From Octopus vulgaris (Eukaryota): a DNA stretch of 64,000 nucleotides. The stretch spans positions 57,040,001-57,104,000 of the forward strand of contig OX597816.1 of NCBI GenBank assembly GCA_951406725.2, read 5' to 3'. The stretch's first letter is position 1. Every line of letters begins with the position of its first letter. Position numbers and translations under genes: made by a program. The notes below the pieces were generated by a model. It saw only the letters and a program-made list of their open reading frames with translations. It was not told where the DNA came from and searched no databases. Shown one piece after another: positions 1 through 12,238 of this stretch.

Positions 1-448
1 CCATAAAAGAGTTGTTTTGGCATCCTTGAATCCTTCATCCTGACCACTCCATCTGAGCCTTTGCTTTAACACAAGAGCTTCTATGCTTTCACACCAAGAG
101 CCTTCCAATATTTCAAGATCACTGATGCGGTCCTTACACTTAATGCCATAGATCCCTCTGAGACACATCTGATAGAAACGTTCCAGTTGTTTAAGGTGGT
201 ATCGATATGTGACCCACGTCTCTCAGGCATAGAGAAGAGAAGGGAGCACACATGCCTTGTACACCTTTATCTTTGTCTTTCTGCATATGTCTCGCCGACT
301 CTAGAGGTGTTTTTCTAGCCTTCCGAAAGCAATACTTGCTTTCCTAATTCTATAAGGAATTTCATCATCCAAATTGCTATACCTATTAATAGTGCTTCCC
401 AGGTAGACAAACTGATCAACTGCATCAAGCCGTTCACCATACACAAAG
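1..448 (-). mobile_element. RTE-clade LINE ORF2 fragment (post-RT region), degenerate
   Basis: Minus-strand translation VDQFVYLGSTI...DDEIPYRIRKASIAFGRL, continuing past stops as TKIKVYKACVLPSLLYA*ETW...LRWSG...RMKDSRMPKQLFYG; hallmark RTE motifs. Confidence 0.9.
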
Positions 449-623
449 ATACATACATACATACATACATACATACATACATACATACATACATACATGC
501 ATGCATGCATACATACATACATACATACATACATACATACATACATACATGCATGCATGCATACATACATACATACATACATACATACATACATACATAC
601 ATACATACATACATACATACATA
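449..623. repeat. (CATA)n/(CATG) microsatellite
   Basis: Directly visible tetranucleotide repeat. Confidence 0.98.
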
Positions 624-636
624 ACCTGTTGTTGAT

Positions 637-1040
637 GTTAAAATTCCAATGAAGGAACCTTGGATCGAGGTTAGGAATTGGCTCTTTCTCTATTGGCAAG
701 AAATCTTGAAATAAAACTGAATAATGACCATACATACATATATACATGCATACATATTATCCTTCATCAAAAATACTATGGACAGTAACTTCGAAGCTTA
801 AGCCAGTTAAAGCATCGTTGGACTACAATCTTCTGTAACATCAATAAATTTGTATTCTTCAAATGTATAGTACGCACACACATATGCACTCACACACACA
901 CTCACACACACACACTCATATACCCATACACACATACACATATGTATGTATGTGATTGTTCAGTTTTATTTCAAGATTTCTTGCTAACAGAGAAAGAGCC
1001 GGTTTCTAACCTAGATCCATGGTTCCTTCATTTCAAAATA
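637..1040. repeat. Inverted pair of a ~90-bp interspersed repeat (637-727 and 955-1040)
   Basis: aagaaatcttgaaataaaactgaa in the first copy is the reverse complement of ttcagttttatttcaagatttctt in the second; the two copies translate to similar SVLFQDFL..EKEP..NLDP peptides on opposite strands. Confidence 0.8.
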
Positions 1041-1084
1041 AACAAGGGCGTATATATATATATATATATGTATGTATGTGTCTA

Positions 1085-1317
1085 TCTATGCGTATATGTG
1101 TATTTGTGTCTGTGTTTGTCCCCAATCGTCGCTTGACAACCGGTGTTGGTGAGTTTGCGTCCCTGTAATTTAGCGGATCAGCAAAAGAGACCGACTGAAT
1201 AAGAACTAGGCTTTAAAAAGCCATAGTACTGGGACTGATTCATTCGAGTAAAAATATTCTTCAATGCGGAGCCCCTGCATGGCCACAGTCTGAGTGAAAC
1301 ATGTAAAAGATGAAAGA
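1085..1317 (+). mobile_element. SINE family A, 3' part
   Basis: gtttgtcccc...cttgacaaccggtgttggt...aaaagagaccga...gcatggcc matches the full copy at 24450-24850. Confidence 0.8.
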
Positions 1318-1746
1318 TTAATTATTGCGAAAAAAATTAGGTCAGTTGCTCCACCGATTCTGGCATGGTGATGATTTTTGAAAACTAAATACAGAGTGCA
1401 GTTCTGACAAAAAACGCGACAGCAGTCACAGAAAAGAATCTGTTGAAAAGGGTTGGACATATTTACAATTGAGTTGGGGGGGGGGGCAAGGAATTATATA
1501 ACAAGTCTGTGGATATAATAAACAGAAAATGAGATTGTTAATTAGAGTATTATTGGGAGAAAGGTCAGGAGGGGAAGGTAACAGAATATCTGTCAACGAT
1601 ATTGTATGAATGGGACAAAGATGAGGGTTAGAGAAACTTCTGATACGCAAAACAATGGCTCTTTAGAGGAAAAATTCCAGGAAACAAAAATATTTCATTC
1701 TCCACCCTTGGTTTTTTAGTACATCAGGAAACAGGGGTAGATATGT

Positions 1747-1780
<34 letters not shown>

Positions 1781-2046
1781 CTCTTCTCTTTATCTATCTA
1801 TCTATCTTCGTTTCTGCCGCTCTAAAACACACCTCTTATGCTTCACACACACACATACACACAGACAGACAAACACACACACACACACACGCACACGCAA
1901 GTATGTATATACAATTTTATTCATATTTAAGTGAATACGAGAGAGTGTGTGTGTGTATGTGTGTATGTGTGTATGTGTGTATGTATGCATATGTATGCAT
2001 GTTCATGTATGTCTGTATACGTGTGTATGTAATGTATATGTATAAA

Positions 2047-2085
<39 letters not shown>

Positions 2086-2086
<1 letters not shown>

Positions 2087-2471
2087 CTAGCAGTATCGCC
2101 CGGCGTTGCTCAGGTTTGTAAGGGAAATAACTATAAAGCATTTTTAGAGAGTTATAGTCAAAAAATAGCAAAATAATGGAAAAAAAATTATGGTAAATTT
2201 TTTTTGAGAGTTAAAAAAGGTGGAGTTGCGTCCCCTAGACGGTCTGTGGTTTGGGTTTCTGATTCTCGACCCCATGTCGAATTTATCGATTTTTTTCAGA
2301 TCTGGGGGAACTTTTCAAAATTTTCGCTGCGTTAGTTTTGAATTATGACATTGGGCTATGTGTGTGTCAAGTTTCATCAGAATCGGTTGAAAGCCGTGGT
2401 CAGAATGAGGGTACGAGAAAACAGACACACAGAAAACGCACAGACAAACTGCCGTTTATATAGAGAGAGAT
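2086..2471 (-). mobile_element. Non-autonomous Helitron-like element
   Basis: One end is aCTAGc next to a GC-rich hairpin (cccggcgttgctcagg); the other end has acagac repeats and tttatatagagagat, the usual layout of short invertebrate Helitrons. Confidence 0.65.
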
Positions 2472-2472
2472 T

Positions 2473-2544
2473 ATTTGAGGGAATATAAATCCAAATTTAC
2501 AGGGAAAAAATTCAATTTACAAATACTAAATCAAATTTCACACA

Positions 2545-2612
<68 letters not shown>

Positions 2613-2959
2613 TTAGAAAAAAAACACCTTTTATCAATTCAAAGTGAACAATTAAATTACACCATCTAGAAAATTACATATAATAGAAATATTAAAAGTA
2701 TAATAACAATAAAATATCAATGAGTGAGTAAATTGCAAAAAAATAATAAAAACATATGTAATTGGTAATATATATATAAACAGCACGGATTTATGTCAGT
2801 GAACAGGTCGTGGTCTTATAGCGACGAAAATATTTTGACAAATTAAACTTAAATGTGTGTTTCTTAAATGGCTTACAAACACCTTCTACGCTGCAATTGT
2901 TTTCGTTTCAGCACACGATTTCAGATCAAATCACTTGCTACGCAAGTACATCTCCGTAA

Positions 2960-2960
<1 letters not shown>
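2473..2960 (-). mobile_element. Degenerate Penelope-like pLTR fragment related to the 19000-19425 element
   Basis: gggaatataaatccaaatttacagggaaaaa is the reverse complement of the 19380-19410 tail; minus-strand gatctgaaatc and gaaaacaattg at ~2893-2927 echo the HHR region at 19177-19226. Confidence 0.55.
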
Positions 2961-3013
<53 letters not shown>

Positions 3014-3677
3014 CATATTACCATCTATATGTGTGTGAGTTTGTCTCTGTGTGTGTTTACGCATATGTACATACATATATTTTAATATCGTGTTAAAAAC
3101 AATTTCACATTAAACTGAAAAATGATTTTTTTTTATTAGTACATATTTATTAAGTTTTTACTTTGACAGTGACTTCGAAATTTTTGCTTTATCGCTTTCA
3201 TCAGACAAGCTGAAACTTCGAAGTTACTGTTAATCGTTCTATTGTGAGTGTTAATATGTGTGTGCGTGTATGTGTGTGTATACATACATATATACAATTA
3301 CGCACGCACACACACACACATACACACACATGCACACGCGCACACAAACACGATTAACTTATCCCTGTACTTTTGTATTGGTATATACGTGTTTAATGTG
3401 TGCGAACGTTAATGTACCCGCATTCCACCCATGCCACTCATGGTATAACAATTGTTGCCGGTTTAGCACCGCTAACTCTTCGTAATTGGAATTTAATTTT
3501 AGTTTAATTACCAACATTTCTGCTTCACCACTTGAATTAAAAAACTTTCAGATGAGGAACTGCATGATGCGGAGGGAAGGAAGTGAACAGAAGGAAAAGA
3601 TGAAAGAGATAAGGAAAGAAAGAAGGCGAAATAAGGAAGAAAAGAATAGAGAATCACAAGGAATGAAGTTATTTTGC

Positions 3678-3902
3678 TTAGAACATAATCTTTTCTGCTC
3701 TTGGCACAAGGCCCGAAATTTTGGGGGAGGGAGCCAGTCGATTGTATCGCCCCAGTACGCAACTGGTACTTAATTCATCGACCCCGAAAGGATCAAAGGC
3801 AAAGTCGGCCTCGGGGAAATTTGAACTCAGAACGAAAAGATAGACAAATACTGTTGAGCGTTTCACCCGGCGTGCTAACGACTCTGCCAGCTCGCCGCCT
3901 TT
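3678..3902 (-). mobile_element. SINE family B (tRNA-like head, Meta-domain-like body)
   Basis: Minus-strand head aaggcggcgagctggcag...gttctgagttcaaatt, body gcctttgatcctttcggggtcgat...aagtaccag; many copies in the window. Confidence 0.85.
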
Positions 3903-4754
3903 TAGTCTAGAAAATAATAAAGTTTATTTCAGCACTGAATAAGAATCAGTGGTGGTGGTGGTGGTGGTGGTGGTGGTGGTGGTAGGAGCAGATAATAGTA
4001 ACAACTGCAATAACAAGAAAAAGAATTATTGATAGCGATTGAAGCAATATTAATGCCAAAAAGTAATATAGATCTTCCATTTAAAAGTGGATGTTGTGTT
4101 AGAACACATAATACTGCGTTATCCGCCATGAGAGAACTTCTCATATGGACTTGTAGTATACAGGAGTTGTTTATATCGCTGGTGATCGATAACTGTCCGC
4201 TACGGCCGCCAGAACTGCCCGCTCGTGCGATATTGACCTTTCTCGACCTTGTCAATGACAGATATCTATAGCCAGACATAGAAGTCGATTTCCACGTCAG
4301 CGTTATATATAGAATCACGGTATTTATTCAGGCACCGGCGTCGCGAATAACCAGTGGTCTTATAAAAAAATAATTAATATCGACAGGGACAGTATTTATA
4401 GCAAAACGTAGAAGATCAACAGCGACTGAAATAATGAATTCAAATAAAAGTCGGGTAATAACTGTAAATCGCCATGTTGAAAATGAATCTCGAAGATAAC
4501 TTTGTCACGGCCGTCATTTTGTAAATCGTCCATCCGCACAGAAGAAACACATTATAAAACATTGTTTCTGGCCTTAAAACTTCACTAAACTGCGATAGCC
4601 GTCCCTGCTCTCTGAGTCTCTCTCTAACCCCCGATCGCTTGTGTTTCTGCTGGTCACTATTAACACAATGACCCACCCAAATTCTAACCACGAAGAAGAT
4701 TCTTTTAGCATATGAATATTGAATATTGTCCTTGGTTTATCTGCATTTTTTATC

Positions 4755-4935
4755 TTTTACTTGTATCAGTCATTGGAGTACGGCCATGTTGGTGCACTGC
4801 CTTGAAGTGTTTTGCCGAAATAGTACTAGTACTTATTATATCAGTCTCTTTCGCCGAGACGTTAGATTACGGGGACGTAAAAAAGACAACACTGCTTGTT
4901 AAGCGGTGGGGAGAAAAAACACCGAAACAAACAGA
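4755..4935 (-). mobile_element. SINE family A, 3' part
   Basis: cggccatg...tctctttcgccga...cggggacgtaaa is the reverse complement of the family A tail. Confidence 0.75.
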
Positions 4936-5380
4936 AAACACACACACACTCGCCTGCGTGTGTATATGTGTGTGTGTGTGTATCATTTGTACTGTTCCGT
5001 GATGCTGAGATCAGCAAAAAAGTACTTCATCTGTTGACAGGTTAATGTTATTTAATAAACACAATATATGTTTTTATGTCCTATTATTAGTTTCATGTGA
5101 TGAAAGCATACCAAACGGTATTTTTAAACACGCCTGGTGCTTTAGCGCAATCATCCAGCACTGCCCACATGGCATAACATTAAACAAAAATAGGACGAAA
5201 GAAAGAGAGAAAAGTGAGAAAAGGTGAGAAAGAAGTGAACATAAAAGGCAGAAGGTTGAACAACCGCGGTTTTCCAACCTTCCGCCTTTTATATCTACGT
5301 GAAACTAAGAGTAGCACCTAATAACATGTATTGTGCTTATTAAATTATATGTATGTGTGTGTGTGTGTGTGTATGTATGT

Positions 5381-5454
<74 letters not shown>

Positions 5455-5640
5455 TTAATCCAAACAAGAAAGCAAAAAAAAAACACAACAACGCGAGGAC
5501 ATGGAACAAATATAGTATTATTGGACGCTCAGGAAAGAGCGGAGCTCTTCGTCGGAAACATAGGAGAAGAAAAGATCCAGAGAAGGGAAGACAGAGGGAA
5601 AAAAATCGTCAACGGTACACACGAGGTCACACACACACAT

Positions 5641-5835
5641 ATATATACGACGGGCTTCTTTCAGTTTCCGTCTACCAAAACTACTCACAAGGCTTTGATC
5701 GGCGTCCGGGGCTATAGTAGAAGATACTTGCTCAAGGTGCCATGCAGCGGGACTGAACCCGGAATCATGTGGTTGAGAAGCAAGTTTCTTACAACACAGC
5801 CACTCCTGCGCCTATATACGCACGCACACACACAT

Positions 5836-5906
<71 letters not shown>

Positions 5907-6046
5907 AACATATATATATTGCGAGCTTCTTTCAGTTTCGACCTGCCAAATCCACTCACAAGGTTTCGGTCGGCGTGGAGATATAGTGGAAGAAACTTGC
6001 CCAAGGTGCCATGCATCGGGCTGAACCCGGAGCCATTTGGTTGGAA
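5641..6046 (-). mobile_element. Two SINE family A 5' halves (5641-5812, 5921-6046) separated by (CA)n
   Basis: cgggcttctttcagtttccgtctacc...caaggtgcc...cacagccactcctgcgcc. Confidence 0.85.
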
Positions 6047-7080
6047 AGTAAACGAACCCAGAAAGCCCTACACATAAAGGCACTTGTTCTCATTGCGCTA
6101 CAACTCCGACTGCCGAGAGACTATTCAATAGTGTCTTAACGAAACCCGCAAACAATAATAAATCTCAGAGCGAGTTATAAACAGTAGCTGCAACACATCG
6201 TGACGTATATTTGCCATTTAAATATGGCTAACCCCTAAGGGTGGATGCTACTGTATTTTGTAGCCCCAGGAGGACACCTCCTCCAGCTGGCTATAGACAC
6301 ACTTTCTGTGCCCTATCCGCAAATATCTATCAATATTCATGTCATCAATTCTTTTCCATTTAGAATGTGTGTGTGTGTGAGTGTTGTCAATGTTTCACAG
6401 TCATTTTTGTTTCTTTGATATTCAGAGTTATCACCTCTTGCCTCTGTTGTACAGATTTATGTTTCGAAAGCCTTGATTAATAAAAAGCTTTCTCGCAGCA
6501 CCATGCCAAATGTGTTAATACTTTCATTGCTATTTACAGTATATTATAGTCTTTAATGTTGTAAATCTGTTAACCGTGCGTCTCCCCTAAACCGCCCCCG
6601 TCAACGCTATTAAGTGTTCCATTGAAGTCTCTTTACAACCTAAAGAGACAATAAGGACGTCAGTGTCTTCGACTGCATTACTAACTCCCTCATTGTCTAC
6701 TTTAATTTATGTGACACTCCAGAGTTATCCAGTGAAATTTAACTGTAATAAAAGACATTTTCGCCCAACAAAACACGTATTGTTACAGCTCGCTTCCTCT
6801 TCCTTTGAAAAAAAAATCTTCTGGATTTAATCAAAATAGTTTTCTAAAAGAAATACAGTTAAGAAATAATTATAAACTATTTCTGTATTTTTCATATTAT
6901 TAAACTTGTAATTATATTGTGCCTATAATTCTTTTTTTTTTTTTTTTTTTTTTTCATTCTCTGGTATTAAACAACCAGACCCTTGAAAATTCCCCTAATA
7001 ATCTCAAACGGAATAAACGAAAACAACAAAAAGAAAATTAAAAACTAGCATAAATTTTATGGTATTCGCTTCCTGCAGTA

Positions 7081-7159
<79 letters not shown>

Positions 7160-7460
7160 TCTCTCACTCGATGTTGATTTATCTATCTATCTATCTCTCC
7201 CTGCCTCAACACACTCGCGAGCGTTTGTGTAGATTGAACTTAAGAACCGTGAAATCAGTCGGGGTTTTTCTTGTTTTACTTTCAATATTCGGGTATTTTT
7301 ATTTTTATTTTTATCTTTTGTTTGCTTTATTTTTTTCTTTTTCTTCTTGATGGCGTAAATAGGATTTCTGAAGAAATCTTCAGCATTGTGCACACACAAC
7401 ATCCCTCGAACATAAATTACATATGTACGCATGGATGATGTATGTACGTGCTTATGTGTG

Positions 7461-7492
<32 letters not shown>

Positions 7493-7614
7493 TGTATGTA
7501 TGTATGTATGTATGTATGTATGTGTGTATATGACGTGCTTCTTTGTATGTACATAAGTAAGCATGTAAGTAGACAGCTAGGCATATAAATATGTATGTGT
7601 ATGCGTTATTTTGC

Positions 7615-7772
7615 TTAGAACATAATATTTTCTGCTCTTGGCACAAGGCCCGAAATTTTGGGGGAGGGAGCCAGTCGATTGGATCCGCCCCAGTACGCAA
7701 CTGGTACTTAATTCATCGACCCCGAAAGGATTAAAGGCAAAGTCGGCTTCGGGGGAATTTGAACTCAGAACA
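7615..7772 (-). mobile_element. SINE family B fragment
   Basis: Near-identical to 3678-3830. Confidence 0.85.
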
Positions 7773-8001
7773 TAACAGATGTATAATATATATATACATA
7801 TATATATATATATATTATATATAAGGGCTTAGTAAAATAAATTACTTTGCCACATACTGAACTCATTAGAAATAGCAGCTAAAGAAATTTCTTTAGCTAT
7901 TTCTAATACTTAAAGAAAATCTCTCTCAGATAGTGTTTGCTCAAACCAACTCACACAGGTATGGGGGAAAAAACATTAAAAAATCAAGTGCAAAGGTTAT
8001 T

Positions 8002-8053
8002 TGAGAACGTACGTTTCTAGATTAGTCAAATCGACATTTCTTTCGTCAGCTCA
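8002..8053 (-). ncRNA. Type I hammerhead ribozyme motif (family 1, copy 1)
   Basis: Minus: tgag CTGACGA aagaaatgtcgatttgactaatcta GAAA cgtacg TT ctca; helix I tgag/ctca, palindromic helix III. Confidence 0.8.
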
Positions 8054-8557
8054 GAACTCCTTGATTCGGATTTGGGAACACTGAAAGTGGGAGCATATCC
8101 TTTTGGCTTCTTATCACCTCTAGATTTCCGCTCGAACTAAAAGTGCTATCAAATTCGAAATATGCAAGCGAAGAATTTCTGCTCTCCCTTTCCACCAGCG
8201 TGGGTTAAAATTGACAAACACTATGTTTTATCGGTGAAAACCGACGCATTAAACAGAGAGAAATGAATTATAATTTCAACAATTGAGGGTAAAATTAATT
8301 AATTATTAATCAATTTCACCAAGTATTCAGTATGTAAAGGGACCATTTTAGGCGAATTCAAAATATTACATTATATATAAGGGCTTAGTAAAATAAATTA
8401 CTTTGCCACATACTGAACTCATTAGAAATAGCAGCTAAAGAAATTTCTTTAGCTATTTCTAATACTTAAAGAAAATCTCTCTCAGATAGTGTTTGCTCAA
8501 ACCAACTCACACAGGTATGGGGGAAAAAACATTAAAAAATCAAGTGCAAAGGTTATT

Positions 8558-8609
8558 TGAGAACGTACGTTTCTAGATTAGTCAAATCGACATTTCTTTC
8601 GTCAGCTCA
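8558..8609 (-). ncRNA. Type I hammerhead ribozyme motif (family 1, copy 2)
   Basis: Same sequence as 8002-8053, 556 nt further on. Confidence 0.8.
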
Positions 8610-9113
8610 GAACTCCTTGATTCGGATTTGGGAACACTGAAAGTGGGAGCATATCCTTTTGGCTTCTTATCACCTCTAGATTTCCGCTCGAACTAAAAGT
8701 GCTATCAAATTCGAAATATGCAAGCGAAGAATTTCTGCTCTCCCCTTTCCACCAGCGTGGGTTAAAATTGACAAACACTATGTTTTATCGGTGAAAACCG
8801 ACGCATTAAACAGAGAGAAATGAATTATAATTTCAACAATTGAGGGTAAAATTAATTAATTATTAATCAATTTCACCAAGTATTCAGTATGTAAAGGGAC
8901 CATTTTAGGCGAATTCAAAATATTACATTATATATAAGGGCTTAGTAAAATAAATTACTTTGCCACATACTGAACTCATTAGAAATAGCAGCTAAAGAAA
9001 TTTCTTTAGCTATTTCTAATACTTAAAGAAAATCTCTCTCAGATAGTGTTTGCTCAAACCAACTCACACAGGTATGGGGAAAAAACATTAAAAAATCAAG
9101 TGCAAAGGTTATT

Positions 9114-9165
9114 TGAGAACGTACGTTTCTAGATTAGTCAAATCGACATTTCTTTCGTCAGCTCA
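9114..9165 (-). ncRNA. Type I hammerhead ribozyme motif (family 1, copy 3)
   Basis: Same sequence, third monomer. Confidence 0.8.
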
Positions 9166-9369
9166 GAACTCCTTGATTCGGATTTGGGAACACTGAAAGT
9201 GGGAACATATCCTTTTGGCTTCTTATCACCTCTCGAATCACCTCTCGAATCACCTTATCACCACTCGAATTTGATAGCACTTTTAGTTCGAGCGGAAATC
9301 TAGAGGTGATAAGAAGCCAAAAGGATATACTCCCACTTTCAGTGTTCCCAAATCCGAATCAAGGAGTTC

Positions 9370-9421
9370 TGAGCTGACGAAAGAAATGTCGATTTGACTA
9401 ATCTAGAAACGTACGTTCTCA
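9370..9421 (+). ncRNA. Type I hammerhead ribozyme motif (family 1, inverted arm)
   Basis: tgag CTGACGA...GAAA cgtacg TT ctca read directly on the plus strand. Confidence 0.8.
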
Positions 9422-10193
9422 AATAACCTTTGCACTTGATTTTTTAATGTTTTTTCCCCCATACCTGTGTGAGTTGGTTTGAGCAAACACTATCTGAGAG
9501 AGATTTTCTTTAAGTATTAGAAATAGCTAAAGAAATTTCTTTAGCTGCTATTTCTAATGAGTTCAGTATGTGGCAAAGTAATTTATTTTACTAAGCCCTT
9601 ATATATAATGTAATATTTTGAATTCGCCTAAAATGGTCCCTTTACATACTGAATACTTGGTGAAATTGATTAATAATTAATTAATTTTACCCTCAATTGT
9701 TGAAAATATATATATATATATATATATATATCAAAATAAGGATTCAAATAGAATCACGTACTTGAAAAGATATGGAGGGTTGGATAAATCTGTGGTTCTA
9801 GCCTATGGTTGGTAAGTATTAAATTGGATATTCCGGTTGTTTACTCAGAGAAAACCAAAGCTTTATGAGTATTTAGCGCCTAAGGGGCTGGTCCAAATCA
9901 CGTGTCACGTTGCACGTGTTACATTGTACGTTGTTGGTATACTCTAGGGTGTCCGACAAGTCGTATATCCCCTTGGTGTATTATAATCAAATGAAGAATA
10001 ACAAGCGATGGATAATTGTCGGCTCATTACAGCTAGAAGAATGAGAGCATTTCTTCATTACAGAGAACTGTAATCATCAAATGAAACGTAATTTAACAAA
10101 TAAAAGAATATCCCAAGAATATGGCAGGGACGCGACTGGAAGAAACAGCTGTAATGAGCTGATATTTATCCGTCGTCTGTTATTATTCATTTG

Positions 10194-10227
<34 letters not shown>

Positions 10228-10232
<5 letters not shown>

Positions 10233-10795
10233 GGGGCGATGGGTAAATTGTCGCCATTTTATATTTCTAATTTTGTGCATGTGCATTGCGTGTTTTTGAT
10301 TTTTCTCAGACGAGAAAGATTTCTGCTGGGATCAGATGTTAACACACAAAAAAATCCGTTGTCTTGTTATATCCACAAAACATGCACCGAAAGTGATAAA
10401 AATCAAACATCCAGTCAGCATAATGGTGTGTGGAGGGATCCATTCATCTACCCACACGGCCTCAGACTCAACACGGACGCCCATATCAAGTGACTGCAGA
10501 GGGCAGTGCTGCCCTGGGTTAAGAGGGTTGCAGCTGAAAGACCCTATGTCTGGCAACAGGACTCTGTACTATGTCACACAAGCAGGAGAACCCAGTCATG
10601 GCTGTCAAGCAATTTCTGTGACCACATCACCCCTAACATCTGGCCATCTAAATCCTCAGACCCCCTTGATTATTGAGCGAGAGAACAACAAAACTCCTTG
10701 TCACACGAAAGATGAACTGAAGGCGAAGGTTATGACATCATTCACCAACTTAAACAAGGAGACCGTCCAGAAGAGTAGCAGGAGATTCCGATGTC
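10228..10795 (+). mobile_element. Tc1/mariner (maT/DD37D-like) degenerate element
   Basis: TA + caggggcgatgggtaaattgtcgcc TIR-like start; peptide KIKHPVSIMVCG...DELKAKVMTSFTNLNKETVQKS..RFR; homologous to 29588-30409. Confidence 0.8.
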
Positions 10796-11426
10796 TATGT
10801 ATGTATCTATACATGTATGTATGTGTGTATATATGTATGTTTGGTTGCGCAATAAAACCACTTGTGGCACCAAAATCAAGCTCTTGGGTGGCTTTAACTG
10901 AAAAATGTCTTTGAGAAGATGAAACTCTCTAATATAAACTTGCCTTGAAATAGTTTGCAGTTATCACGCATTTTCTTTTCAGTGATAGTCAGAGAGGAAC
11001 ATACGCAGATGGAGGGAGACAGAGAGAGAGAGAGAGAAAAAGAGACAGAGAGAGAGAGAAAAAAGAGAGAGAGAGATGCAGAGGAACAGAGAGAAGGAAT
11101 GGAAGGAAGGAATGGATTCCATACAGCTAGAATAAGGGAGCAGCGGCTGACATAGTCGTGTTAGAAGATTCGAGAGAGTAGATGGGTGAGACGGTGTTTG
11201 TAAAATGTTAGTGAGTAGATTATTTGCCTCTGTCTCAGAGTGATTCAAAATTACAGACTTTGGTAAAGATTAACACATCTGTAAAACTTCTGGCCAAAAA
11301 ACATATAAATTCTGCTTGCTATTTAGGAGAACAATGCGGCTTTTGTACTCTAGTCGCTGTGTTTATAAATACAGTACATACTTACATGTAAACATATATA
11401 AACATGCATGTATATGCATGTATATA

Positions 11427-11519
<93 letters not shown>

Positions 11520-11540
11520 AGAGAGCGAGATATATATACA

Positions 11541-11590
<50 letters not shown>

Positions 11591-12238
11591 AATACAAAAC
11601 ATACATTTAAATATATATAAACATGCATATATATGCATGTATATATATGTGTGTGTGTGCTTGCGTACGTGTGTGTATGCACCTGTGTATGTGTGTATTT
11701 GTGTATACATATATGTATGAATATAAGCAACCGCATGTTTGTGTAAGCATGAATGTGTCGGTGTGTGTTTGTGTGTGTGCGCGCGCGCGTGTCTGCCTTT
11801 CTGTGTGTGTGTGTGTGTGTAGTGTGTGTTTGATTCCGTCTCCGTCTCCATGCAACGTAAAGTCGTCAAACGATTTACACTCACACATGTACTAATGATT
11901 AATAATAATTAATATAATTAGTTGTTCTATAAAATAGTTATGAAACAACTTCATTTTCTGAGCGATGTCTCTCAAATATTCCAAAACACAGGAACATTTG
12001 GTGGCTTCCATTGTAGAAGAATGCTTAGAATTTCGAACAGACAAAAGAAACTAGAAAACAATCTAGGAGAGCGGGCGCACTAGCACATACATAAGTGTAC
12101 GTCTATCTGTTACTCCACATATGCATACAAGCATACAACAGATAGACACACTGGAACATACACACACATGTACACACACACACACACACACACACACGCT
12201 CACATACATATATACCAATATATACATATGTATGTATA

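Larger units (their letters stand above)
7814..9705. mobile_element. HHR-bearing non-coding tandem/inverted element (retrozyme-like family 1, ~556-bp monomer)
   Basis: Monomers start at 7814, 8370 and 8927 (the last ends ~9233); inverted arm 9265-9705; near-identical copies; (TA)n on both flanks; one HHR per copy. Confidence 0.88.
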
